Source: Octopus vulgaris (Eukaryota). Taken from it: 64,000 bases of DNA. This document shows positions 52,447-64,000 of this stretch, piece by piece. Made by a program: the position numbers and the translations under genes. Each line of letters opens with the position of its first letter. The first letter of the stretch is position 1. The stretch lies in assembly GCA_951406725.2 (NCBI GenBank), contig OX597831.1, forward strand, positions 10,168,001 through 10,232,000, read 5' to 3'. A model generated the notes under the pieces. That model made no database searches and was not told the DNA's origin. It worked only from the letters and a program-made list of their open reading frames with translations.

Positions 52447-54745
52447 GGTTGCCCCCTCGTTATCGAGTATGGCCACTGCACGAAGCTTAACTGTTACTGG
52501 TGCTGTGATCGAATGTGACTTTTTAGCCCAGCTAAAGATCTACAATGTCTTGTACAAAATTGGCAGCTAAAACTTTTACCGGCAACAGCCGGCTGTAGTT
52601 GTAACTGGGCTTCATGTACCTTTGCATGCCGTTTAAGTCCTCCTGCCGAATTACACTCTCATCTACATGCCCGACAGATATGATTAGTATGGGGTGTTAC
52701 ACCACCACCAGTGGCCAAGCTGTCACTCATCTGTCTTGCTTTATTACTATGAAGATGACTCTTGAGTCCAGCTTGACTGAGGCAGAGTCTTGCACAGACA
52801 CTGCAAGTACACACATACATATGTATGTATACATACACACATACATAGATACAGCCATTCACACACACACACATGTCTCAATTCACATCTTGGCATTTAT
52901 TACTAAATTATTGAAAATTGTCGATTCTAGTGACTATATTGGTGTATGAAGTAAATGCTATTTTCATTCTATTAAGGCGTGTTTTAGATTCATTTAACTT
53001 ATCTGCTCTATCATACTTAGAATATTTTAGTTTTCATTTTTGCAAAGCCGTAGAAAACTCGAGATTTACATTTAAAATCATTTATCTTTTCAAATTGTCC
53101 ATCCATCATCTTTTGCAGCTTAAGTGCAACAAATTTGTAAAATTTTTCATATCTTTTTGTTGGCTGTAGTTTTAATCCTTTCACCATGAATATCGTCTTC
53201 TGGCACGGATAAACAGAATATTATTATTTTGTATCCATCAATATCATATAACGCAATCAGATTTTTAATTCGTTAATATTTTTCAATTGAGTTGTGTTTT
53301 TTCCATTGAATAACATCAACATTTGAGTTAATACTCTCTTTATGTATGACAATACACTGAAATTTAACCATTCTTGGCAAAAATCAAGTGCTTCTTTCAT
53401 ATGTTTGGTCGTCGAAATCTTGCTTTTTTTCTACTCATCCTAACATTTTTTTTTTACAGAAATGTATTTAATTTTATTGCAGTTAAACTTCGGAGAGGTT
53501 GCGGTAAAATTTATTCCTTAAGCTAGTACATTCATATGTTAACATCTACTTTAGTAAATATATCATATTTCGCATTTCCTGTTTATTGCACTGCAATTCT
53601 AAACAGGTTTTTAAAATCGGTTACTGCAATTTAATTGACATCGAAATAAGATCTCAAATATCAAGCTTTAAACCTCATACGTAAACATCGAAGTCGGATC
53701 CTCATCCATGGATAGATTGCAATGAATGGATGTGTATGTCAAGTATTCAACATCGACATACGGACGGTTCTGCTTCCAACAGGATATTTTACTGCATGGC
53801 GAAACTGTGTTCCGTATCTACAATGTATCAGTAATCATATCTACTCAATTTGTCGATTTGACTATACCAAAACATTTTTATAATTAAGAAGGATAAATGC
53901 ATCACTGTTTTTTTTTTAATACTTTCATCTCATTGTGAATGATTAAAAACAAATTAAGCAGACTCAGCTTTATTTTTAATTTCCCAGCGCTAATCATGTC
54001 CTACTGAAAATATTGCTGACAATTATGAAGAATTAAATTTTGTCATAAGTAAGAATTAAATAAAATATTTTCCAATATTCACAAAACATTAAAACAACGT
54101 TTTCATTTAATAGTTTAATTATGCATATCGCTTGTAGTTTGTTTTACTGATTATCTAAGTCTGTAATGCATATTAGTGTGACTAAATGTGAAACTAACTC
54201 ATCAGTTTGTATTTATTTAAAAAAAGTTTTAGAATGTTATATTGCTTTCGAAAACATGTCTGTCAGATTTAGATTGTACAAACACATAAAAAATCTTAAA
54301 TGAATTATCAATCTTCACAGAAAAATATATTTCGAGGTAAATATAATTTAAAATCAAAGAAATTGATATGATTATATGCAGTTATTCCCAATGTATTGTA
54401 AGTATATTTAATGAAACACGGAGGATTTATTTACGGAAATGGCTAAAATATTCTTTTCTAAGAATACATTGAAAAGCTGATGAAGAAATACACACCGGTT
54501 GTTTTGGGAATTTTATATCAAATTTAGTGATTTATTAGAAAGTAGTGAAAGAATTTCTTATCTTTTGTAGACAAATTTATCAACAATAATAACGGCATAA
54601 AATATTGATTATGGAAGTCCTCAACACAAACTATTTCCCCGCTTCTTGCAATCACTGCCACGATTAGGAAGAGATAAAGAAAACGGCAGAATTTTTCCAG
54701 TCTTCTTAGAACCTACATAAAATTTCATTGCCTCATAGTTCTGGG

Positions 54746-54781
<36 letters not shown>

Positions 54782-54782
54782 C

Positions 54783-54844
54783 ATCGCAAACATACGTCTC
54801 TCAGAAAAGACTTTTACGCGCATAGGACCATATATATAGATATG

Positions 54845-54883
<39 letters not shown>

Positions 54884-54921
54884 CAAACATACGTCTCTCA
54901 GAAAAGACTACGCGCATAGGA

Positions 54922-54924
<3 letters not shown>
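54783..54924 (+). repeat. Direct duplication of a roughly 48-bp unique segment separated by (TA)n
   Basis: atcgcaaacatacgtctctcagaaaagact(ttt)acgcgcataggacca at 54783-54830 and 54880-54924. Confidence 0.9.
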
Positions 54925-54989
<65 letters not shown>

Positions 54990-55008
54990 GTATATCTATA
55001 TATGTATG

Positions 55009-55061
<53 letters not shown>

Positions 55062-55228
55062 TGAGAGAGACAGACAGACAGAGAAAGAGAGAAGGGGAGA
55101 GATTGCAATTACTGCGTGGAAGGCACAACCAATATTAGCCACGAAACCAACCAAAACTTTCTCATCAATAAATTTCTCATCATTTAATATTTTGTGAAAT
55201 TTTCATCGACTATCTGCGGCCGTTTAAG

Positions 55229-55305
<77 letters not shown>

Positions 55306-55820
55306 CAATAAGAGAGAATTTCAGAGATAGATGGAGAAACAGTCAGATAGATAGATAGGTAGATAGATATTTATATATTCTTCTGAAGCAAAAGTACTGT
55401 TCACCTTTATAATTATAGAGAAAACTATAAATATGCAAATTGACATTGATGTTAGTCCCGTGAGAACATACTTGTTCGATATGAAATATTTATCACTATC
55501 AGCAATTTTATCAATAAGCTCTGGAGTCCCTTTTGTGGTCATATTCAATGCCAAAAATAGCAGTTCAAGCAACTCCAGTCAATTCATTCCCTGCGTAATA
55601 CAATGAAGAATATAATCCATTGTGTAGTGTTTAGTTGCAGGGATGTATATGTAATTAAGGGGTTTGAATGGCAACGTCACATTGGGCAGCTACCTTCTTT
55701 TATAACCTTGGGCACATTCGTGAATGAATTTGTGAGACGCAAACCCAGTGGAATCTTATCAAATATTTGGGAATGTGTGTATATATATATATGTGAGTGT
55801 ATGTGTGAGTATGTGTGTGA

Positions 55821-55893
<73 letters not shown>

Positions 55894-55900
55894 GTGATGG

Positions 55901-58123
55901 CTCTTCACCACAACTCCTGAAGCAGTTATCAATTGCACTACGGTGGAACCTCTAGGTGAATCTGATCATGCTATGATCATCGCCAATCTGGCTCTTGCGG
56001 GCAACAAAAACCTGAACCATCTCCAATCTGCTTCCTTCGATTGGAAGAGAGCAGATTGGAACCTGTACCACACTGAACTACAGCACCCAAACTGGCGTGA
56101 ATTCTACAACTCTGGAGATGTGAATACTATACTCCAGAGTATCCTGGACTCAATATGGGCAGCATGTGCAGCATCAGTGCCACGTAAACAAAAAAAGAAG
56201 AACCGCCCCAAAAGGGCAATTTGGGAAACTTCAGCGGTCCGACTTGCCAGGAGGGAACGTCGGACTGCTGAACGGGAATACAGGTTGCATAAATCAGACA
56301 CCAACAGGAAGAAGCGGAATAAATCCTCCAACCATCTCAAGCAGGTGACAAAAAAGGCAGTGCTTGAATTTGAACAGTGCATAGCAGCCAATCCTGACAG
56401 CAAGGTTTTCTGGAAATATGTGCACCCAAAGCAGAGACCTCACTCTCCAGTGGGCCCTCTTCGCAACCCTCACACAAACCAGATCACTGACGACCCCAAG
56501 GAATGCGCAGAACTCATTGCCGAGTGCTATGCAAACATATTCACTGTTGAAAGTCAAAATGTACCATCTTCACCATCACTAACAGCAAACTCCATAACAA
56601 CTATGGAATTTACACCTGCAATGCTGCGACGTCACCTTCAAAATAAGCGCAACTATGCCTCCCCTGGTCTCGATGGAGTTACATACCTGCTTCTCAAACG
56701 TGGCAGGCACTTCCTTTTACACCAGCTTTCTATTTTCTTCCAGTACTGTCTCAACAATGGTGCTACTCCGGAGCAGTGGAAAACTGCCAGTGTCATTCCT
56801 CTGTTCAAAAAGGGCGACCGCACATCACCTGTCAACTATCGCCCAGTCAGTCTCACTAGCTGTATTGCAAAACTGATGGAATCGTGTGTCAGAGAAACAC
56901 TCTGGAACTTCTGGAGCTCTCACAGTCTCATCCGACCCTCACAATATGGATTTGTCCCTAACTCCAGCTGCAGTGACCAGCTTGTCGAGTTCCTTGAGGA
57001 CATTACTCAGATTACTGACAGTGGCTCATGGGTGGATGTTGTCTACCTTGACTTTGCTAAGGCTTTCAACTCTGTGCCACACAAAAGGCTTATGGTGAAA
57101 CTCTCTGCAATGGGTGTGGGGGATGACCTTTTTAACTGGTTGAAATCCTTCATCCTCAGCCGAAAGGAGGTAGTCACAGTTCTAGGACAGCACTCTACAC
57201 CATATGAGATGTCATCAGGTGTACCACAGGGATCTGTCCTTGGTCCCCTCTTGTTTGTGGCATACATTAACGACATAGATGCCAATTTAAAGAATGCCAC
57301 AGTATTGAAATATGCAGACGACATCAAGCTGTACCTTGAAATCAAGAGGACAGATCCTGATGTCTACAACTCTTTCCTGCAATCAGACCTAGACACAATG
57401 CAGCAATGGATCACAGACTGGCAACTGAAACTGGCTGTGGACAAGTGTACCACCATGCATTTTGGGAGAAAAAACCCTGCGTTCACATACTCCCTCCACA
57501 ACACTGATATCAAGAAATCCTCTTGTGAGCGTGACCTAGGCATCACTGTCAGCAGTGATTTGCGTTGGTCAAAGCATATCTCTAAGATTGTCAGGAAGGC
57601 CGAGGGTGTCTTGGCATCACTCAGCAGGTCTTTTGTTAGCCGCTCTCCAGCCATCTATTTAAAACTGTATACAGCTATGGTACGACCACACTTGGAATTC
57701 GCATCATCAGTTTGGAACCCCTATCTTGCACAGAACATTGACCTCCTGGAATCTGTCCAGAGACGTGCAACCAAACGCATACCCTCCATCAGACACCTAC
57801 CATATTCTGAGCGCCTTGTTTCCCTGGGCATGGATTCACTGAAGCTCCGGCGTTTGGCGACGGACTTGGTAAACACCCACAAAGTTATCAACCACCTCAC
57901 CAACAACAACACTGAACACCTTTTTGATCTCCATGTGTCTAACACACGTGGACATGCCTACAAAGTCAGAAAACAATACAGCTCCCATGACTTTCGGAAA
58001 CATTTTTTCACGCTCAGAGTTGCTGAAGCATGGAATAAACTGCCTGCGTCAGTTGTTGACTGCCATGACACTGCATCTTTTAAGGCCCTCATGCTTTCCG
58101 AAATCCGCCGAAACTACACCTGA
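55901..58123 (+). CDS. CR1-group LINE ORF2 (end of APE domain, complete RT, C-terminus), 5'-truncated
   Basis: Open frame from LFTTTPE..PLGESDH through PGLDG, KKGDR..NYRPVSLTS, YLDFAKAF, SGVPQGSVLGPLLF, YADD, ERDLG, RPHLEFAS.VW.P, TRGH, FF..RV..WNKLP to TGA. Confidence 0.93.
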   Translation, partial: LFTTTPEAVINCTTVEPLGESDHAMIIANLALAGNKNLNHLQSASFDWKRADWNLYHTELQHPNWREFYNSGDVNTILQSILDSIWAACAASVPRKQKKKNRPKRAIWETSAVRLARRERRTAEREYRLHKSDTNRKKRNKSSNHLKQVTKKAVLEFEQCIAANPDSKVFWKYVHPKQRPHSPVGPLRNPHTNQITDDPKECAELIAECYANIFTVESQNVPSSPSLTANSITTMEFTPAMLRRHLQNKRNYASPGLDGVTYLLLKRGRHFLLHQLSIFFQYCLNNGATPEQWKTASVIPLFKKGDRTSPVNYRPVSLTSCIAKLMESCVRETLWNFWSSHSLIRPSQYGFVPNSSCSDQLVEFLEDITQITDSGSWVDVVYLDFAKAFNSVPHKRLMVKLSAMGVGDDLFNWLKSFILSRKEVVTVLGQHSTPYEMSSGVPQGSVLGPLLFVAYINDIDANLKNATVLKYADDIKLYLEIKRTDPDVYNSFLQSDLDTMQQWITDWQLKLAVDKCTTMHFGRKNPAFTYSLHNTDIKKSSCERDLGITVSSDLRWSKHISKIVRKAEGVLASLSRSFVSRSPAIYLKLYTAMVRPHLEFASSVWNPYLAQNIDLLESVQRRATKRIPSIRHLPYSERLVSLGMDSLKLRRLATDLVNTHKVINHLTNNNTEHLFDLHVSNTRGHAYKVRKQYSSHDFRKHFFTLRVAEAWNKLPASVVDCHDTASFKALMLSEIRRNYT

Positions 58124-58198
58124 TTATATATACACTTTAGATGAGTTGTAGTGCACCTGAGCACTGTACACAATTATTATTATTATTATTATTATTAT
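55901..58198 (+). mobile_element. Young 5'-truncated CR1-like LINE with short 3'UTR stem-loop and (ATT)n tail
   Basis: The 3'UTR contains agtgc-acctga-gcact, and (ATT)n spans about 58173-58198. The 5' end is fused to a (GT)n tract. Confidence 0.9.
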
Positions 58199-58512
58199 AT
58201 GAGCGAGAAATACAATCGCTGATCGTCGCCCATGCAAAATGTGAGCGACGCCGGTAACTAAATCCAGCAATGCCTGTGTAGCCGCGGTCGTCTTAACCCA
58301 GCTTCCTGCTCGGCGCAGTGCCTTCCTGCGCAACTGTGGGTGGAGATGTTGACTCAGCGTTGATTGCAAACTCTCAAATTTGACCGAATATCGCCATATT
58401 TTACTGACTTGACTCAGAGACAAACGAAGGCAAGATATCCAGTACTAATATGAGTTTATATATACCCAAAACACACACAAACACACTTACACACACGCAT
58501 ACATATATACAC

Positions 58513-58570
<58 letters not shown>

Positions 58571-58587
58571 ATGTATATATATGTGTG

Positions 58588-58657
<70 letters not shown>

Positions 58658-59371
58658 TAACGTAATATCAGTGACAGGGAGTGTTTAAGCATGAACAATA
58701 TTTAGGTTAGTGAATATGCGTTTCACATATTTCAACTCCTAAACGCAAATTCACTGTCGTTTCCATTGGGGAAGTTTCTCTTATGGTAAACTGGTGTAGA
58801 AACAGGATATGTGCCCAGTACCATCCCTGTCAGGATTCCGAAACATGTCTGTTTCTACCTTTCCAATGTTTTTTGAATACCTAAGAGAGGTAACTCTGAA
58901 CAGACCCTATCAAAGCATAGCCTTAACTAAAACACAGTCAACATTATATTCTGATCTGCCACTCTATCCCTTTAGGTATTTCCCATTGATAACGACTAAA
59001 GAACTAGGAACCTGGATGTCTAAGTATCCTGGCGTTAGGCATAGCTGGAATGGTTGATTATCATCGTAGTTTGATTGAGATTTAGGTAACCAACTGGTAA
59101 CAATTCTAATACTATCACAACACAATCCACAAGAATATGACTGTAAATGTCTTTTGACAACCGTTGGTGAATTTCTCTTCTTGCAATCCTTAGATTTAAG
59201 TCTGAAGCCTTGTGAGAACTTTCCTCTACTTACGGATGTTCGGAAAATTTCAGGAGCTTCCTTTTGGATCCTTTCTGGGCTTCAGTCTAAATCCATTACG
59301 AAACGACAAGGATAACATGAAGCATTTCTCTAGTGCGCTTGTTAAATTTATGACGTTGTATTATACACGTG

Positions 59372-59620
59372 TAGGAGTATAGTTTAGTGGTTAGGGTGTT
59401 GGGCTGAGGATCGTAAGACCGTGGTTTCGATTTCTAAAATGGGCGATGCCGTGTCATTTTAAGCAAAACTCTTCATTTCTCGTCGCTCCTGCGCACTCAG
59501 GAGGCAAAAATGAGTAATCCTAGGATGGACGGGCGTTCCGTCCAGTGGCGTATAAATACGCCATGCAAATCGGAACCGCAGCCGTCGGATTCTATAGGAC
59601 TCGCGAAGGAACTTTATTTT
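59372..59620 (+). mobile_element. Diverged tRNA-derived SINE
   Basis: tagtttagtggttaggg...ggtttcgatttc A and B boxes, followed by a non-tRNA body. Confidence 0.6.
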
Positions 59621-60277
59621 GCTCTTTTACTATACCACACACATGCTGATACCTTTAAGAACAATGCCATTAAACAGAATGTTTTTCAACAGTTGTGACT
59701 TACAGCGCTCACATCTCATAAAATAACTTAAAAGAATACACACAGCTAAAATCTTCAAACGTTGCTGATAATTTAATGATATTGATTTCTTTTGCCTAAT
59801 CCCAAGACGAAATCGAGTAAGGCCATATATTTACTAAACACTAAAGTATCAATAATAGGCAAAAGTAACTTGCGTCTGTCGTCGATACTTATTTTATCAA
59901 TACCAAACAACAGAATTGATTGAAAATCTGGACAGTGTCGATTTTGCTATCAAAATGCAAAAAGTTGAAAAGAAATATTGTAAAATATTTTTGGATAAAT
60001 TTCTGCAATTACTGTTAAATCATCGCCTTTCAAATCACCATTCTTTACAGATTTTCTCATCGATTTTCTTGGTGGTTAGTAGTACATTCACGTATTTTCC
60101 CGAAAAGTTGGGAAGCCATCATATCTTTAACCCTGATTTCGTATTCAGACGCTCGACGAGTGACAGACGTATAGAGCATAGAATGCAAATTGATGTTGTA
60201 ACATAAACACTATATCGTCCATCCTGACCATCAAAACAAAAAGTTTGAGGAAAACATCAAAATAATAATAATATATT

Positions 60278-60692
60278 AGGCGCAGGAGTGGCTGTGTGGT
60301 AAGTAGCTTGCTAACCAACCACATGACTCCGGGTTCAGTCCCACTGCGTGGCATCTTGGGCAAGTGTCTTCTGCTATAGCCCCGGGCCGACCAATGCCAT
60401 GTGAGTGGACGGAAACTGAAAGAAGCCTGTCGTATATATGTATATATATATGTGTGTGTGTATGTGTGTGTGTATGTGTGTGTGTTTGTGTGTTTGTCCC
60501 CCTAGCATTGCTTGACAACCGATGCTGGTGTGTTTACGTCACCGTCACCTAGCGGTTCGGCAAAACAGACCGATAGAATAAGTACTGGGCTTACAAAGAA
60601 TAAGTCCCGGGGTCGATTCGCTCGACTAAAGGCGGTGCTCCAGCATGGCCGCAGTCAAATGACTGAAACAAGTAAAAGATAAAAAGATAAAG
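60278..60692 (+). mobile_element. SINE family B, full length (reference copy)
   Basis: aggcgcaggagtggctgtgtggtaag...gggttcagtccc (B box)...ggcatcttgggcaagtgtctt (CORE-like)...microsatellite...ggcggtgctccagcatggccgcagtcaaatgactgaaacaagtaaaaga. Confidence 0.92.
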
Positions 60693-60919
60693 AAGATATA
60701 TTTATATATCGTTATATATAAAAATACTAAAATATCGTTGCCAATGAGGTATTGGGTGGGATGATGCACAGGTGTCCAGTTATCCAACAACTCTCAGTAA
60801 TGGTGTGTACGAGAATATGCTTGCATTAAAAGACTTCATTATTCCTTAAATCTACTTAACACTACATGGGATTTTTAAAGGCCTGTGTTCTTTCGTAAAA
60901 TAACTGCATAGTTATAACT

Positions 60920-61082
60920 ACAAGCGTTGCTATGTAGTAAGAAGTTTGGTTCACAAATAATTGGTTCGTCGTTGAGTTCCACTGCATGGTATCTTGAACG
61001 TTTAGCTTCTGTTATAACTGCGGGTAGACCAAAGACTTGTGAATGGGTATGGTAGACGGAAACTATGCGGAAGCCCGTCGTA
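60920..61082 (-). mobile_element. Decayed SINE family B, 5' half (appears on the plus strand)
   Basis: gctatgtagtaagaagtttg...ggtagacggaaact...gaagcccgtcgtatata parallels 60290-60440 in the same orientation, so the orientation call is uncertain. Confidence 0.4.
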
Positions 61083-61487
61083 TATATATATATATATATA
61101 TATAAAATGGTAAGACAACAAAAGAATGAGAGCTTGATATTATGTGTATATATATATATATATACAATAATAATAATACTTAGAGGTATTACTTCCACTG
61201 CTACGACCATGACCACTAACAACAACAACAATACTAAAGGTGATCAAGACGAAGATAGCAGGAAAATTATCTTATTTAGGGTTAAAAGTTCTATTGCCAC
61301 CACCATCACCACTAGCAACAATAATTAAGGTGCTGACAATGATGATGATGACAATTGAAATATAAAAATATAAAAATCTCTGACAAAGGATATTTACAAC
61401 ATTTCTAAAAATAACCCAACAATTGCTGCTTCGGCCAGGGTCAAGATACAGGACTCTTGACCTGTCCAACAAAGCGTGATGCCTAAA

Positions 61488-61601
61488 CCAATCAGCTCAA
61501 CCAACCAATCAGCTTAAGTAATTGAGTGATACTACACACTGATTGGTCAGAATACAGTTTGCAAAACCTAGCACTCTGGAGCCTACCCAGCTGTATTTAT
61601 A
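61488..61601 (+). promoter_or_regulatory. Putative Pol II promoter of a pLTR (three CCAAT boxes and a TATA-like motif) upstream of an HHR
   Basis: ccaatcag at 61488 and 61505, ctgattgg at 61539, tatttata at 61594. Confidence 0.4.
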
Positions 61602-61664
61602 GCACACAATCACTCATCTTGCTACAGTCAAAAATTGTGAAGCATGACTGTCAACACTACTACA

Positions 61665-61709
61665 TGAACCCGAAGATTGCAGAATTCAATGCATGAAAGT
61701 ACTAGTTCA
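61665..61709 (+). ncRNA. Minimal hammerhead motif (U4C)
   Basis: tgaac-CCGAAGA-t-tgca(gaattcaa)tgca-t-GAAA-gtac-TA-gttca. It has a 5-bp stem I and the palindrome AGTACT. Confidence 0.7.
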
Positions 61710-61871
61710 ATCAGAATGAATATTTAACATTCTACTATTTCATTTTATTTTATTCAATTATAATATATTATCTTATAATATATCATTATAAGATTGTAAA
61801 TAAAACGTGAAAATCAGACAAGGTTGGAATTCTTTTTATTAATATATTCTTCTATACACAATCACACACAC

Positions 61872-61911
<40 letters not shown>

Positions 61912-64000
61912 TGTGTATGTTTATCTGTACCGAAACGCATTCCAGTTGTTTCTATTTCGTACGTCTTCTCTTTCATATTATGTGTATTTAAAACTTTCCA
62001 TGAAGTTTTTACGAAGGTAGTATTTGAACTGAGAGAGATGTGTTTATTTCAGAAAGTCGAATGACCTATAGGCAAGCTCTTATTAGCTTGATGGTGGATG
62101 AATAGCAACGGTAGATAAACATTTGTAAACAAGCCCTATTGATGTTGGGGAGAATTCTCTGTTATATTCCAACAAGTATGGTTTCATGTGCAGAGCTCGA
62201 CCTTCAGTGTGGGTACAATGTGCAATCTTAATAGTTTTATTCTCCTTAAATCCTTATAAAATATTGGATTAAATTTTAGATCCACTAAAGAAAAAACCCC
62301 AGATAATTTGTTAAAGCAAAGAGATCGCCAAATTAGCTAGAAACAACCACAAATATATCATTATATTCTCCCCTTAATTTGGAGTTCATATAATTTGTAG
62401 GAGATTCAGGAATATGCCGTCGTTGATTCTATCGAGACTGAATCTCTCTTTCCAATAATTTCTCTGACGCTTATGAAATTAGATCTGCTGAAATCTGTAA
62501 AATAAATGTATTATATAAAACTAATTCAATTCCATCACATTCTACCGACTGATAAATAATTATACAAAGGAATAGAACAGAAAAACGACGTAGTGTTTCC
62601 TGCTATATTGTTGTTGTTTTTTACGTCAATATCTTCATAATTCATCTCTCATAGTTTATCATTAAAATTAAAAATAAAGTTTGTTTTCTTTTTAAAGTTA
62701 TAATACACGTCCATAACTTAAATCCCAGGAAAGAGATACCAACTGAACCATTTTAATGACAGTTTTCTTTGTGTTAATTCTATAATTGAAAATGAAAATT
62801 TTGTTTTGTTGTCGAAAAGGAAATTGCTTTTTATACTAAACATTGATTTATCACACTCAGATATTATAACTCTGCCATTTATGTCATATATGCGGCAATT
62901 TCATGTGATTACTTCATTTATTCTGGTAATAAGAAAATATACCGAAGAGACTCTTTTCAAAATGTTTGTGTATATATTACAGCCGACATTTAAATGACAC
63001 TGACTATAACTAATGCTACGATATAGCTGAATATATTACTGAACTACGTATTTCGCTGTAGAAAATCTTTGACTGATCCAACCAGTGATCAGATGCGTCC
63101 AAACGGTGATTATCCCGTCTTTATATCATGCATAATGTATGTATAATGTGTCCTGTACAATCATAGATACTGGTCACCGTCCCTTTTGAGATGATAGTGT
63201 CTGAGAAATTTGACTGCTGATTTTCTCACACAGGTTACTTGAAGATATAAATATTATGGATATATGGTTAGTACAATTTAGTTTAATTTGGATCACTGCT
63301 AGAAGATAATATCTATGCTGTGAGATGGACACGAAATCAATATTCATGTGTTACCAATGTCGTCTGCATAAATAACTGTAGCAAAACTATTACAGAAGTT
63401 ATTCACATTTGAGTTAGATGTTGAAGTTCATAGAATAAATTACGACGGTTTCACCCGAAATATTATTTAGTAAAACTACCAAATCTGGAAGAAATTTTGA
63501 TCGAAAATGTTTGACAAAATGGCATCAATCAAATATATTATTGGAGGGTAAATTACACATTATTGTAACGAGTTAAATTTAATCAATAATTAATTCGTTC
63601 AAAAGCTGAAAGAATCCAATTGTAAATTTCGTATCAAATGTCTAAACGTCTGAGAAGAGATGTTAATACGATTATAATTATCGCCGCTATTAATCTCACA
63701 TTTAGATATATATTTGCAATATTGGCTTCAAACGTTCGTACTAGGCTCAATGTATGTTATCTAAAGTAAATGCGCTGGAAGCCTGGGGAAGCGTTTCTTA
63801 TTTCAGCGGGTTGTCATGATTTACATACAGGCAGGGAAATAAACGCGTCTCAATGAAGTAAAATGGTGTTTTAAATGTTAGTCATGGCTAACAGCTTTCG
63901 AAACATTGAAATATTATGTTTCATAATGAAGTGGGAGCAAAGAATGTATTTGGTTTGAGCCTCACAGATGTTAGTTTAAGATATATTGAATTACGGGATA

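Noticed and set aside
52446-52808. GC-richer block between microsatellites, possibly a LINE UTR
   Set aside because: There is no second copy or diagnostic motif in the window, so it cannot be classified.
56104-58151. Antisense and alternate-frame ORFs inside the LINE
   Set aside because: They are shadow ORFs of the RT frame.
58200-58440. GC-rich segment after the LINE tail; the minus strand MAIFGQI*EF resembles a Gypsy gag start
   Set aside because: The similarity is limited to a few residues and there is no LTR or continuation.
62406-62494. Possible terminal exon on the minus strand (tttattttacag/...FISVREIIGKRDSV...*) with a GKR amidation-like site
   Set aside because: It is short, has no recognisable homology or upstream exon, and is expected by chance.

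Overview
This is AT-rich eukaryotic DNA that is almost entirely intronic or intergenic. It is dense in (TA)n, (TG)n and (GA)n microsatellites, and the SINE repertoire suggests an octopus or other coleoid cephalopod (inference). No host protein-coding gene can be supported, and most ORFs in the track are microsatellite artefacts. Recognisable content: one 5'-truncated but uninterrupted CR1-group LINE RT ORF (55901-58123), five shorter LINE fragments (three CR1/L2-like, two RTE), three decayed mariner transposase relics, a probable Helitron 5' end, and about 20 copies of three tRNA-derived SINE families. The most striking signal is about 20 minimal type-I hammerhead-ribozyme (HHR) motifs, found by eye and ranging from intact to decayed. 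They sit in several unrelated short non-coding elements that mostly abut (TA)n tracts. Many have a palindromic stem III, some show C3-G8 covariation (G3-C8, U3-A8), and several elements are fold-back inverted repeats with a one-sided tail. This fits Penelope-like pLTR or retrozyme-type elements, but no Penelope RT/GIY-YIG ORF is visible in the window.
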